From the NCBI GenBank assembly GCA_026004395.1, contig BPJB01000001.1:263343-327342 (forward strand): a DNA stretch of 64,000 nt, read 5' to 3'. How positions within the stretch are numbered: position 1 is the stretch's first letter; every line of letters begins with the position of its first letter. Below, piece after piece: positions 9,113 through 20,184 of the stretch. Origin of the DNA: Patescibacteria group bacterium (lineage in GTDB: Bacteria; Patescibacteriota; Microgenomatia; Levybacterales; UBA12049). Position numbers and translations under genes: made by a program. The notes below the pieces were generated by a model. The model did no database searches and was not told the DNA's origin. It saw only the letters and a list, made by a program, of their open reading frames with translations.

Positions 9113-9925
9113 TTATTTTACATTATTGTATGCTTGTGTATATGTTTCCGTCAGATACTTGTTTCTTAATAACTTTCCAATAAAAATAAGAATGATTGCT
9201 TTTGTGCGCAAGAGAAATTTTACATATTCGTACTCAAGACGTGATTTATGTTTTTTATAAAAATAAGGAAGATTTTTATAGATATTAACAATAGCAAATG
9301 ATCTGTTAGTGCTTCCCTGATGTTTGTGTTTGATGCTAATATCGGGGAAAAAGACACAGCGAAGTCCTAATTTTTTTATTCTATAACATAACTCCATATC
9401 CTCAGTGTACATCCAAATCTTCTCATCAAACTTCCCTACTTTCTCAAAAATATCTTTTTTGATCATAAAAAGCGCGCCTTTGATCCAATCGACATCTTTG
9501 ATTGTTTGTGGACTTTTATCGACTAATCCAAAGCGTTGAAGTCCGAGAATGAAAAGTGTAAAAGTAAACAGAGAATAAAATTTACCAGTTGAAGGCTGTA
9601 TGCTCCCATCTAAATTAAAAATTCTTCCTCCAAGTACACCAATCTCTGGATGAGATTTGAGATACTCTAACATTTTTGCAATACCTCTGTCTTCAACTGT
9701 GGTGTCATCATTAAGAAAAAGTAGGTACTGCCCGCGTGCATGCTTAGCGCCCAAATTGTTTCCCGCTCCAAATCCTGCATCGCTGTCGTTGGCAATAACA
9801 AAGAAGTTTTTATATTTTTTCACTTCTTGTTTAAGAATCTCCACTGAGTTATCTTCTGAAAAATTGTCTACGATTAGATATTCAAATTTTCCTTCATTGA
9901 ATTCCGTTTGATAATACTTCCACAA
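9113..9925 (-). CDS. Glycosyltransferase family 2
   Basis: YLIVDNFSEDNS and LFLNDDTTV motifs. Confidence 0.8.
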   Translation of the reverse strand: MWKYYQTEFNEGKFEYLIVDNFSEDNSVEILKQEVKKYKNFFVIANDSDAGFGAGNNLGAKHARGQYLLFLNDDTTVEDRGIAKMLEYLKSHPEIGVLGGRIFNLDGSIQPSTGKFYSLFTFTLFILGLQRFGLVDKSPQTIKDVDWIKGALFMIKKDIFEKVGKFDEKIWMYTEDMELCYRIKKLGLRCVFFPDISIKHKHQGSTNRSFAIVNIYKNLPYFYKKHKSRLEYEYVKFLLRTKAIILIFIGKLLRNKYLTETYTQAYNNVK

Positions 9926-10080
9926 GAGATGCCATACAGTTTACAGCTTGGTGAGGTTTTTTGTGATTTATAGAGATGATCGAGAGTTCCATAAAAAATT
10001 TTTAGGGACATACAGATTATACGAAATATTCAATGATAAAGTCGAGTTGTAGACTTTTAGATGTTTTGTATTCTATCAAT

Positions 10081-10108
10081 TTGATTTTTTTTCAATTTCT
10101 AATATAAT
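10081..10108 (+). promoter_or_regulatory. Sigma70-like promoter (TTGATT-N16-TATAAT) for the 519-aa gene
   Basis: -35 TTGATT at 10081-10086, a 16-nt spacer and a perfect -10 TATAAT at 10103-10108. The start codon lies about 16 nt downstream with no SD sequence. Confidence 0.45.
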
Positions 10109-10123
10109 ACAGTTGCCAGTAAT

Positions 10124-11683
10124 ATGACTAATTCAGAAAAAATTAGACCCGGATCCAAAGAACACTCATCTTCAAACACTCTGCCACAAACCATTGAGAG
10201 GATAGCAAATCTTATCAATGGCAAGGTAGCAGAGGGTGAGGATCCTCGTACTCTTTGGGTAGAGGGAAAGACAAAAGGAGAATCGTTTCGTAAGCAATAC
10301 GAGGAAGCAGCTCTTGCTAAATCAGAGTTAGAGAGAATATATACAATTAAAAGATTAGGTGAGTGGATAAAAGAAGATGAAAAATCCTCAAATCCTTTAT
10401 TGTCTCAAGTGGCAGATGCGTGTATAAAATTGTGGGACAGTGTAAAATCTCCTGGTCATCCCGGACATGACAAAAGACATGTTATGGAGGATCTTAAAGC
10501 AGGGATAAGTTTAAGACGAGATCTTGTTGATTCGGGAAGTACAATAGTAGGAGCTTATCAGAAGATATCTTTGATTAGTTCGATGATGCATGATTTTGGA
10601 AGACTGGCTGAAGTACAAGCAACAGGGAAAGTAGCAGGAGCAGATGAAGGAAGAGAACATCCTAAAGCATCCTACTATATTTTGGATTCTATTCTTCAAC
10701 ATTTCCCACAAATTCCTCAACAAATTCGTGATGATCTTTGTTATGCAGTCATTGTCCATCAGGACTGGCTTAGTGACAAGAATGCTCCTAATTACAATTT
10801 GATAATGAATGGTCTACTTGAAAGATCGACTGCCAGCGCTGATAGGCAGCAGTTATTAGGACCTGAGGGGATAACCCGTTTTTTCCAGTATGATGTGGGC
10901 ATGAGTGATCGTGAGATTGCTGCAGCAGCTGATGAGAGTCGTAAAATCAAGTTAGATCCAAGACAGAAACCACCTCTTGCTCTACCTCACCATGTTGAGT
11001 ACTATATGCGAACGCATAGACCTACATATCTACCACTTCTGCCTTTAAAAGAGGAGTGGCCGGAAGATTTAAAGAGATGGATAAAAGAAGAGAATATTGC
11101 TATTGAACGCACGAATGAGCGGATAAATATGAGAACTAGATGGCTTGAGTCAGTATCAGGAGTTTTTCTCTATCTTGGATGGCCGCATCTTCGAGAAGAA
11201 ATTTTTGCACCCGAGTTAGAAATTGAGAGAAGAGAATCTCAAAATTCCGGCAGTGGACAGCAGTGGAGAAAAGAAAATGAGGAAGTTTATGCCAAAAATG
11301 AAAAGAACTTTTTGCATCCAGATACCTGGTCTATGATTAAACAACAGCTTCAGGATATCTCAAAAGATGGAACAGAACTTAACAAAAAAGTTAAAGCTCG
11401 AAAAGCGAATAAATCATTGGAACAGTTAGTAAAAGATTTAGTGAGCGCTCCCCATGCAGCTGTACAGAATGATGAGCTAGCCAATATTATGAAAAAACTC
11501 TCACAAGTTACAACTCCTGCTAACAGAGAAGGGTTAACTACGGCTATTGCTTATGCATTAGTCATGAGAGATGATTTGTCAGGATATCATAACTCAGTAG
11601 TACGCAGTATAAAAGGGAATACAGAGTTATATCCTTCTAAAAGTCTTGAGCGCAAAATTGCAGATTTCGTCAGTAGGCCTTAA
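10124..11683 (+). CDS. Hypothetical 519-aa protein with possible HD-phosphohydrolase motifs
   Basis: A long, unique ORF with no family recognisable by eye. Two motifs (GHPGHDKRHV and LISSMMHDFGRLAEV) loosely resemble an HD domain. It is embedded in a glycosyltransferase cluster. Confidence 0.5.
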   Translation: MTNSEKIRPGSKEHSSSNTLPQTIERIANLINGKVAEGEDPRTLWVEGKTKGESFRKQYEEAALAKSELERIYTIKRLGEWIKEDEKSSNPLLSQVADACIKLWDSVKSPGHPGHDKRHVMEDLKAGISLRRDLVDSGSTIVGAYQKISLISSMMHDFGRLAEVQATGKVAGADEGREHPKASYYILDSILQHFPQIPQQIRDDLCYAVIVHQDWLSDKNAPNYNLIMNGLLERSTASADRQQLLGPEGITRFFQYDVGMSDREIAAAADESRKIKLDPRQKPPLALPHHVEYYMRTHRPTYLPLLPLKEEWPEDLKRWIKEENIAIERTNERINMRTRWLESVSGVFLYLGWPHLREEIFAPELEIERRESQNSGSGQQWRKENEEVYAKNEKNFLHPDTWSMIKQQLQDISKDGTELNKKVKARKANKSLEQLVKDLVSAPHAAVQNDELANIMKKLSQVTTPANREGLTTAIAYALVMRDDLSGYHNSVVRSIKGNTELYPSKSLERKIADFVSRP

Positions 11684-11697
11684 AAAGTAAAGAAATT

Positions 11698-12651
11698 TTA
11701 GACTTCATCTTTAAATCTGTTAAGAATTTCCTTATCTGAGATAACAAATTTTGTTTTTAATATTTTTCTTTGAGATAGGATCTTGTTCAACTTCAGAAGT
11801 GCTTGAAAAAAACCCTTTACAAATAACCAATTTTTATTTTTCAATGCAACACCCAGATGATATGGTAAATAGAGTAAGTGGTTGAGAATCAATTCTTTAT
11901 CTGTAATGTTAAGCCATACAAAGAAAAATTGGTTGCGATATGTTGTCTGTATTACAAAGTCTGATTTTTTCATTTTTTTAATAGATCCTTTTTTGTGTTC
12001 GTGTATGACGCGTGATTTTTTTTCAACTTTTACCATGTATCCCATTTTTTGTGCTCTATAAGAGAGGTCAACGTCTTCCCAGTAAAATGGACTATAAAGC
12101 TCCTGCAATCCTCCCATCTCATCCCAAATTGCTTTCCTAAATGCTGCGCTTCCACAGTCTACCCATAGAGTATCATCTTTATTAAACTCACCATACTGAT
12201 GAAGAAGAAATCCCTTTTCCCATTTGCCAACACCTCTTCCACGCAAAATGTCAGATCCCTCGTCTTCGTCGCTATGATTAGCACATCCAACACCAAAGAT
12301 CTTAGGATTACTGAAATGGCTCAATAAAGGTTTGATGAATTCTTTCTCTGGTCGCACATCACTTCCTAGTAAAATAACGATCTCACCTTTTGCTGCTCTG
12401 ACACCTCGGTTGGCATTTACAGCAAATCCACCATTGAACGAGTTTTCTATGATAACAAATGGGATAGAGATTTTCTCCTGTAATGATTTTAGATATGCGA
12501 TGGTGTTGTCAGATGAGTGGTTATCCGTGACGATTAGTTCAACATTTTTTTTGGTTTTATCGTAATATTCAAGCGCTTCTACGACGTATGGCAGATTTTG
12601 TTGCAGTAACTCAACGACATTATATGTTGGGATAACAACACTAACAGTCAT
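11698..12651 (-). CDS. Glycosyltransferase family 2
   Basis: MTVSVVIPTYNV...TDNHSSDNT and ILLGSDV motifs. Confidence 0.75.
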   Translation of the reverse strand: MTVSVVIPTYNVVELLQQNLPYVVEALEYYDKTKKNVELIVTDNHSSDNTIAYLKSLQEKISIPFVIIENSFNGGFAVNANRGVRAAKGEIVILLGSDVRPEKEFIKPLLSHFSNPKIFGVGCANHSDEDEGSDILRGRGVGKWEKGFLLHQYGEFNKDDTLWVDCGSAAFRKAIWDEMGGLQELYSPFYWEDVDLSYRAQKMGYMVKVEKKSRVIHEHKKGSIKKMKKSDFVIQTTYRNQFFFVWLNITDKELILNHLLYLPYHLGVALKNKNWLFVKGFFQALLKLNKILSQRKILKTKFVISDKEILNRFKDEV

Positions 12652-12692
12652 AAAATATATTATACTCTTTTTTAATCATCTCATGATAGGTC

Positions 12693-13238
12693 TTACAAAA
12701 GTGGCCATGAAGTATCTTTGGGAGAGAGAATAGGATTTTTTATTGGCCACTGGATCGCAAGAGCAGGATCATCCCATCTGACTCCTCTTTCAAACTGCGG
12801 CGCATAATACTCAGAGACAAAATACTCAACAAGACAGTTGTCAGTTAAAGTCTGATATCCATGTGCAAAACCTTTTGGGATATATACTAGAGTATTATTA
12901 TCTTCCGTTAACTCTATACCCAACCACTTGCGATATGTAGGTGAGTCTTCTCTCATATCAACAGCTACATCATACACTCTTCCTTTTAAACATTGAAAAA
13001 TTTTTGCCTCTTCCTTAGGTGCAATTTGGAAATGAAGTCCGCGAATCGTTCCTTTTTTGTAAGTAAAACCTTGATTAATATGAACAATATTAAAATCTAT
13101 ACCATGCTTAGCAAGCTCTTCTTTTGCAAAAGTTCTTGCAAATGATCCTCTCTCATCGTTTCTTGGCTCGCGGGTGATAATATAAAGATCTTTTATTTCT
13201 GTTGGACGAATTATCATTTGATTAGCTGGCCCATGCAA
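12693..13238 (-). CDS. dTDP/CDP-4-dehydro-6-deoxyhexose 3,5-epimerase (RmlC-like cupin)
   Basis: RGLHFQ, DVAVDMREDSPTYRKW, IPKGFAHGYQTL and RWDDPALAIQWP motifs. The true start is probably internal (MIIRP...), which would avoid overlap with the upstream gene. Confidence 0.8.
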   Translation of the reverse strand: MHGPANQMIIRPTEIKDLYIITREPRNDERGSFARTFAKEELAKHGIDFNIVHINQGFTYKKGTIRGLHFQIAPKEEAKIFQCLKGRVYDVAVDMREDSPTYRKWLGIELTEDNNTLVYIPKGFAHGYQTLTDNCLVEYFVSEYYAPQFERGVRWDDPALAIQWPIKNPILSPKDTSWPLL

Positions 13239-14328
13239 GTTTTTTTTCTTTTGCTAGATTTGCATATTCTTCAATTTGGCTTATGGTATAGGAATAAATA
13301 TCGCTTTTTTTATTGTAAAACGTGTTATACCACTCACCAGTTAATCGTGCTGTTTCTTCAAAGTTGAGTGTTGGTTTCCACTGAAGGTAAAAAAGTGCTT
13401 TATCGTAGTTAAGTTTTAGAAGTCCTGCCTCATGAAATGTGGATTCTTGCTCAATAACAAATTTTTCTTCATGGTTATCTGCAAAACTCCAATATTGGCT
13501 GATTGCCTGTAATAGCTCCAATACAGTATGATTTTGATCAGAGTTCGGTCCAAAGTTAAAAGGCTCACCATGTATAGTATCTGGATTTTCTGTTAATATC
13601 TGTGCAGCCCTCAGGTATCCACTTAATGGTTCGAGTACATGCAACCAGGGTCTTGTAGAGTTGGGGTTGCGAACTTTAACTTTTTCACCTTGAGACCATG
13701 CTCTTACACAATCTGGGACGATTCTGCTTACAGCCCAGTCTCCTCCGCCTACAACATTACCAGCGCGTGTAGATACGAGTTTAATTTTGGATTTGGGATC
13801 TTTAAAGTAAGAATGATAATATGCTTTTATAACAAGTTCAGCTGCTCCTTTGGAGGCACTATAAGGATCTTTACCTCCTAAAGCATCAGTCTCGCGGTAG
13901 CCCCACACCCATTCAACATTATCGTATGATTTGTCACTTGTAATAATGACAGCTTTACATGGGTGATTTAGAGATCGCAGTGCTTCAAGAATATGAGCAG
14001 TTCCCATGATATTTGTCTTAAAAGTAGTAAGTGGATCAGCATAAGATACAGAGACTATTGGTTGTGCAGCTAAATGAAATACAAAGTCTGGTTGGACTTC
14101 CTTAAAGATCTGTTTTATTTTCTCAACATCACAGATATCTGCAAAATGATGATCAATTTTATCTGCAAGATGCAGCTCTTCAAAAAGTGACGGAGAAGTA
14201 GGAATATCTTTTGCTATTCCGACTATTTTTGCTCCAAGATAATGCAACCAAATGGTAAGCCATGCCCCTTTGAAGCCTGTATCACCTGTTATGATTACTT
14301 TTTTATCTCTAAAGACGTCATTGAACAT
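13222..14328 (-). CDS. rfbG: CDP-glucose 4,6-dehydratase
   Basis: KVIITGDTGFKGAWLTIWL Rossmann motif and an SDR catalytic YSASK. It sits next to a glucose-1-phosphate cytidylyltransferase. Confidence 0.85.
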   Translation of the reverse strand: MFNDVFRDKKVIITGDTGFKGAWLTIWLHYLGAKIVGIAKDIPTSPSLFEELHLADKIDHHFADICDVEKIKQIFKEVQPDFVFHLAAQPIVSVSYADPLTTFKTNIMGTAHILEALRSLNHPCKAVIITSDKSYDNVEWVWGYRETDALGGKDPYSASKGAAELVIKAYYHSYFKDPKSKIKLVSTRAGNVVGGGDWAVSRIVPDCVRAWSQGEKVKVRNPNSTRPWLHVLEPLSGYLRAAQILTENPDTIHGEPFNFGPNSDQNHTVLELLQAISQYWSFADNHEEKFVIEQESTFHEAGLLKLNYDKALFYLQWKPTLNFEETARLTGEWYNTFYNKKSDIYSYTISQIEEYANLAKEKKLAWAS

Positions 14329-14410
14329 ATATTAGTTTTTAAAAATAAATCAGAATCTACGAATGGAATTAATTTTCATGTTAGTTTTATTGAGAGTTTG
14401 ACGTCACTTT

Positions 14411-15190
14411 TTATTTCCAGACTTTCCAGGGGATTACTCCAGATTCCCACATGCTATTTAAGTCTTCAAGTTCTTTATGGGTATCAACTGATGCCCAGAA
14501 GCCTTCATGTTTGTAGAGTGATAATTGTTTTTCTGCAGCCAGTCTTTTTAATGCAGGATGTTCCATCTCACCGGGTCTGAGATAATTAAAAAATTCTCTC
14601 TTATAAACGCCAAATCCTCCATTGATCCAGTCAGACAACACAGGTTTCTCCTCAAAAGATTCGATTTTGTTATCTTCAACCAATTTGATTATGCCATACT
14701 TTGATCGAGGGTGAACACCAGTTATTGTTCCGATGGTATTTTGTTTTTTATGAAATGCTACCAGTGTATTAATATCAAGATCAGTTACTCCATCTCCATA
14801 TGTCCACATAAAATATTCATCTTTTTCTGGAATATACTTTGCACAACGTAAAATTCTTTCTCCAATTAGAGTCTCAAGTCCAGTATCAACAAATGTAATA
14901 TTGAAATCATCAATTTCTGATCTACTTTCTAAATAATATTTTATTTTATGAGTTTTGGTATTCAATTTGAAATCTGAGGTATAGGCTTTCTGATTAAGAA
15001 AATACTGTTTAATATATTCTGCTTTATATCCTAAGGCAAGAATAAAATCGTTGTATCCATAGTGGGCATATATTTTCATAATATGCCAGAGGATAGGTTT
15101 GCCTCCGATATTGACCATGGGTTTGGGTTTGAACTCTGTTTCTTCTTTTAATCTAGTTCCTCGACCACCGCAGAGAATAATTACTTTCAT
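14411..15190 (-). CDS. rfbF: Glucose-1-phosphate cytidylyltransferase
   Basis: MKVIILCGGRGTRLKEETEFKPKPMVNIGGKPILWHIMKIY nucleotidyltransferase motif. The ORF track extends to 15280, but the conserved start is the internal ATG at 15190. Confidence 0.85.
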   Translation of the reverse strand: MKVIILCGGRGTRLKEETEFKPKPMVNIGGKPILWHIMKIYAHYGYNDFILALGYKAEYIKQYFLNQKAYTSDFKLNTKTHKIKYYLESRSEIDDFNITFVDTGLETLIGERILRCAKYIPEKDEYFMWTYGDGVTDLDINTLVAFHKKQNTIGTITGVHPRSKYGIIKLVEDNKIESFEEKPVLSDWINGGFGVYKREFFNYLRPGEMEHPALKRLAAEKQLSLYKHEGFWASVDTHKELEDLNSMWESGVIPWKVWK

Positions 15191-15321
15191 AATGAAATTT
15201 TTTTCATTACCTATTAATACTTTGGTAATAGTATAGCCAAATTTTATCAAAAAATAAAGAAGAGGTACTTCTTTTATCACTGATCATAAGTCTTTTGTAG
15301 AGTCATGTCAATAATAAAACT

Positions 15322-15876
15322 CTACTTAGTGTAATGATTAATAAAGTAGTTAGCAGCTATTTTAATTGGAATGATCTGATGGTTGATAAAATTTCTCATC
15401 TTGGGAAGATCATCAATGGCTGCCCATATTGCACCACTTGGAAGTTTAGCGTTTTTTGCAATTGCTCCAAGATAGATGTGTACAGCTTCAGGTCCCCTTT
15501 GAGTCATATATTGTGCGACACCTACAAACTCCGGTGTTCTTAAGTAGGATGTTTGTATCTCATATTTTTGAATTCGTTCCAAAGGACCATTCATAGGTGT
15601 ATTATCATCTCGAAAATAGTCCATACGGCGAAGTGTTTGACCAGGTAGATGAAGAAATCCAGGCCAAACTATGTCATCTGGAGGTCGGGGAATAAGAAGT
15701 ACCTCAAGAGTTTTGTCTCTTTTGCGAATTATGACCATTTCAACGGTCGGCTGAGGAAGCATCCAAGCTAATCTCGTAAAAAGCGCGTCTGAGAGTGTCC
15801 CACCCTTCCATTTTTTGAGAAGAGCAATAACTTTCTCATCATCTCCTGGATCGAAGCCATCAGTCTGTCTGTTCAT
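15322..15876 (-). CDS. Hypothetical protein
   Basis: 184-aa ORF between sugar-nucleotide genes with no clear motif. A NUDIX-like fold is possible but unsupported. Confidence 0.45.
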   Translation of the reverse strand: MNRQTDGFDPGDDEKVIALLKKWKGGTLSDALFTRLAWMLPQPTVEMVIIRKRDKTLEVLLIPRPPDDIVWPGFLHLPGQTLRRMDYFRDDNTPMNGPLERIQKYEIQTSYLRTPEFVGVAQYMTQRGPEAVHIYLGAIAKNAKLPSGAIWAAIDDLPKMRNFINHQIIPIKIAANYFINHYTK

Positions 15877-15879
15877 AAT

Positions 15880-16746
15880 TTATGCTAATAATTCTTGTGG
15901 TATTTCATCTAGAGCTTCCTCAAGAGTATGTAATTTAATACCCAGTTGATTAAGAGTGTCGTTGAATAGCGCTGTATTTTTAGCACGGGGGGCACGATCC
16001 TTGAAAAACTCAGCACGTGTTGTAGGACTTACTAAATTTTTATCAAAACCTAGCTTATCAGCAATTTTTTGTGCAATTTCAAATCCACTGAGTTTTTCTC
16101 CGCTTGTTCCGTGAATAACTCCTGTGAGATTTCTCTCAATGATCACATTTATAACAGTAGCAATATCATCAATATATGTTGGGGTATAGTAACAGTCAGC
16201 AACAGATGAAAAAGGTTTTCCCTCTTTCAGAAGTCGTATAAATAATCTTACATAATCACCCTTTTCAGCATTAAAAGTATAGGGATAGGCAATACGAAGA
16301 ATTGTTGCATCCGATATAATATTTTTTATTAGTTTTTCTCCTTCTAACTTTGTCTCTCCATAAAAATTAACAGGCGATGGATTGTCTTTTTCATGATAAA
16401 AATCTTGTTCATTCTTCCCAAAGACCATATCAGTGGAGATATAAATCAATTTTTTGTCAAATTTTTTGGCAGCCTGAGCAATATTTGCTGATCCTTGAAC
16501 ATTTGTCTTCCAAACCTCACTATCTTGCCCATATATTTTTTGTTTTTCAGCTTCATCAACATTAGTATAGGCTGCAAGATGTAGTATAATCTCACAATTA
16601 ATTTGAGAAATGCTATCCATTACTACATCTTGATTTGTAATATCAAAACCTTCTTCTCTTAAAAGAGGAATAATTTTGTGTTTTCTCTGGAGTAAAGGAG
16701 TAATCTTCCCTCCAATAAATCCATTACTTCCCGAAACCGCAATTGT
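15880..16746 (-). CDS. NAD(P)-dependent sugar epimerase/reductase (RmlD/CDP-sugar reductase-like)
   Basis: MTIAVSGSNGFIGGKI Rossmann motif. About 290 aa, in the CDP-hexose cluster. An N-terminal extension to 16761 is possible. Confidence 0.75.
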   Translation of the reverse strand, partial: TIAVSGSNGFIGGKITPLLQRKHKIIPLLREEGFDITNQDVVMDSISQINCEIILHLAAYTNVDEAEKQKIYGQDSEVWKTNVQGSANIAQAAKKFDKKLIYISTDMVFGKNEQDFYHEKDNPSPVNFYGETKLEGEKLIKNIISDATILRIAYPYTFNAEKGDYVRLFIRLLKEGKPFSSVADCYYTPTYIDDIATVINVIIERNLTGVIHGTSGEKLSGFEIAQKIADKLGFDKNLVSPTTRAEFFKDRAPRAKNTALFNDTLNQLGIKLHTLEEALDEIPQELLA

Positions 16747-16881
16747 CATAGATGGATGCACCTTATTTTTTCACAATAGTAAACTAATGTCAATTTGATA
16801 TTTATTGCTAAATCAATATTAAATCCTAGTTCTTATCTTTTGTTACTGAGAAAAAAATGCTATGATAATAAAGAATATAAT

Positions 16882-18177
16882 ATGACAATTACATTTATTG
16901 GACATGGTTATGTGGGGTTGGTAACCGCTGCTGTCTTTGCAGACTTAGGTAACAAAGTCTGGGTCATTGGTCATACACCAGAGAAAATTCATAATCTTCA
17001 AAAGGGAATAATTCCAATTTATGAACCGGGTCTTGAAGAGCTTGTAAAGCGTAATCTTGATGCAGAAAGATTACTTTTTACTCTTGATTATACTCCGGCA
17101 ATTCCTGAATCAGATGTGGTGTTTATTGCTGTAGGTACACCGCCGAAACCAACAGGTGAAGCAGATTTGTCTGTAGTTTTCGATGTTGCTAAAAAAATAG
17201 GAGAAAACATGGATGGCTATACTGTTGTTATTACCAAAAGCACAGTGCCTGTAGGAACTAATAGAAAAGTACAGAAAATTATTGCAGAGGTCAAACCTGA
17301 GAAAGCAATATTTGATATTGCCTCAGTGCCTGAATTTTTACGTGAAGGGCAAGCGATATCAGACACTCTTCATCCTGACAGAATTGTCATCGGCACTGAT
17401 TCTCCCAAAGCTAAAGAGCTTCTTGTAAGGTTACATTCACCTATTGATGGGCAGTTAGTACTAACTAATGTTGAGACAGCAGAAATGATCAAATACGCTG
17501 CCAATGCCTTCCTTGCTACAAAAATATCATTTGCCAATGCAATTGCTTATCTTTCAGAACAGGTGGGAGCAGAAGGACCAAAAGTTCTTGAGGCAGTAGG
17601 ATTAGATAATAGAATTGGCAAGGCATTTTTAAATGCTGGAGTTGGGTATGGTGGAAGCTGTTTTCCGAAAGATGTTAAGGCTTTGATTGCTATTGCGAAG
17701 GAATATGGTTATGATTTTGGACTTCTTAAGGAGGTAGAGGAGATTAATAAACAAGCGATGACAAGGACAGTAATCAAAGCTAAGAAGCTATTGGGAGATC
17801 TTAAGGGAAAGACTATTGCTATTCTTGGTCTTTCTTTTAAGCCTGATACTGATGATATGCGAGATGCTCCATCTATTGTTATCATCAATCATCTTCTTGA
17901 AAGTGGAGCAGTGATTAGAGCTTATGATCCAATAGCCATGGAGAATGCAAAACAGTTATTGGATAACAGCAAAATTACCTTTACTACGGATGCCTATCAT
18001 GCTGTTACAGGTGCTGATCTGTTAATTGTTGTCACTGAATGGAATGAGTTTAGGCAGCTTGACCTTAGTAGAGTAAAAAAGTTGATGAAACAGCCCAATA
18101 TAATTGATGGGAGAAATATTTATCTTCCTGAGATTGCGCGATCCCTTGGATTTAACTACTTGGGAGTTGGCAGATGA
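16882..18177 (+). CDS. ugd: UDP-glucose 6-dehydrogenase
   Basis: MTITFIGHGYVGLVTAAVFADLGNKV, GGSCFPKD and a UDPG_MGDP_dh C-terminal region. The ORF-track start at 16795 adds an implausible N-terminal extension. Confidence 0.85.
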   Translation: MTITFIGHGYVGLVTAAVFADLGNKVWVIGHTPEKIHNLQKGIIPIYEPGLEELVKRNLDAERLLFTLDYTPAIPESDVVFIAVGTPPKPTGEADLSVVFDVAKKIGENMDGYTVVITKSTVPVGTNRKVQKIIAEVKPEKAIFDIASVPEFLREGQAISDTLHPDRIVIGTDSPKAKELLVRLHSPIDGQLVLTNVETAEMIKYAANAFLATKISFANAIAYLSEQVGAEGPKVLEAVGLDNRIGKAFLNAGVGYGGSCFPKDVKALIAIAKEYGYDFGLLKEVEEINKQAMTRTVIKAKKLLGDLKGKTIAILGLSFKPDTDDMRDAPSIVIINHLLESGAVIRAYDPIAMENAKQLLDNSKITFTTDAYHAVTGADLLIVVTEWNEFRQLDLSRVKKLMKQPNIIDGRNIYLPEIARSLGFNYLGVGR

Positions 18178-19133
18178 AAAAGGTTTTGATCACCGGTGTT
18201 ACGGGTTTTGCTGGTTACCATCTTGCTAAATACCTAACCGATACAACAAAACATACAATTATTGGTACATATCATTCAGATTCAAGTCTGAGTCAATTAG
18301 CAGAGTTAAGAGATAGATTGCAATTTTATCGTATAGATCTTACTGATAAATCTTCTGTTTTTGATCTTATTGAGGAAATTAGACCAGATGAAATATATCA
18401 TCTTGCTGCTCAAACATCCACAACGGATAGTTTTAAAGATCCAGAGAAAACTTTACTGACGAACATCTTTCCAGAAGTATATATTTTTGAAGCTGTAAAG
18501 AAAGTTGGACTTTTTAATACTAGGATTCTTATAGTCTCAACATCTGAAGTTTACGGTCTGATAACACCTCATGATTTGCCAATTGATGAGGAGACGCCTT
18601 TTCGCCCACTGAACCCCTATGCAGTCTCCAAAGTAGCTCAAGACCTTCTTGGTTTGCAATATTTTTATGTAGATCAGCTGCAGATAGTAAGGGCACGTCC
18701 TTTTAATCATATAGGGCCTCGTCAGAAACCTAAATTTGTTCTCCCCATGTTTGCGAAGCAGATAGTTGAGATCGAGAAGGGTCAGAAAGAGCCTGTGTTA
18801 ATGGTTGGAAATCTCAAAGTAAAAAGAGATTTTACTGATGTAAGAGATATAGTAAGAGCATATGTTCTTTTGATGGAAAAGGGAGTTGCGGGTGATGTAT
18901 ATAATGTCGGCTCGGGAAAATCAATTGAGATTCAGGAGATTTTGGATATTCTTCTCTCCTTAACGAATAAAATTATAAAGGTAAAAGAGGATCCTCAGTT
19001 ATTTAGAAATATAGATATCATGGATATTGTCTGTGATAATTCTAAATTAATACAAATTACTGGATGGAAGCCGCAAATTTCTCTAAAAAGAACAATTTCA
19101 GATACACTAGACTATTTTCGTCAAGTCGTATAA
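18174..19133 (+). CDS. NAD-dependent epimerase/dehydratase (GDP-4-keto-6-deoxymannose reductase-like)
   Basis: MKKVLITGVTGFAGYHL Rossmann motif and an SDR YAVSK. It overlaps ugd and lies adjacent to gmd. Confidence 0.7.
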   Translation: MKKVLITGVTGFAGYHLAKYLTDTTKHTIIGTYHSDSSLSQLAELRDRLQFYRIDLTDKSSVFDLIEEIRPDEIYHLAAQTSTTDSFKDPEKTLLTNIFPEVYIFEAVKKVGLFNTRILIVSTSEVYGLITPHDLPIDEETPFRPLNPYAVSKVAQDLLGLQYFYVDQLQIVRARPFNHIGPRQKPKFVLPMFAKQIVEIEKGQKEPVLMVGNLKVKRDFTDVRDIVRAYVLLMEKGVAGDVYNVGSGKSIEIQEILDILLSLTNKIIKVKEDPQLFRNIDIMDIVCDNSKLIQITGWKPQISLKRTISDTLDYFRQVV

Positions 19134-19138
19134 AATAA

Positions 19139-20134
<996 letters not shown>

Positions 20135-20184
20135 TTCTTCAACTCTACCTAGTCTATCTCGTAGATTCTTGATACAATATTTCT

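Noticed and set aside
16795-16881. N-terminal extension of ugd (MIFIAKSILNP...)
   Set aside because: The conserved Rossmann N-terminus begins at MTITFIGHGYVG (16882). The extension would overlap the divergent promoter region.
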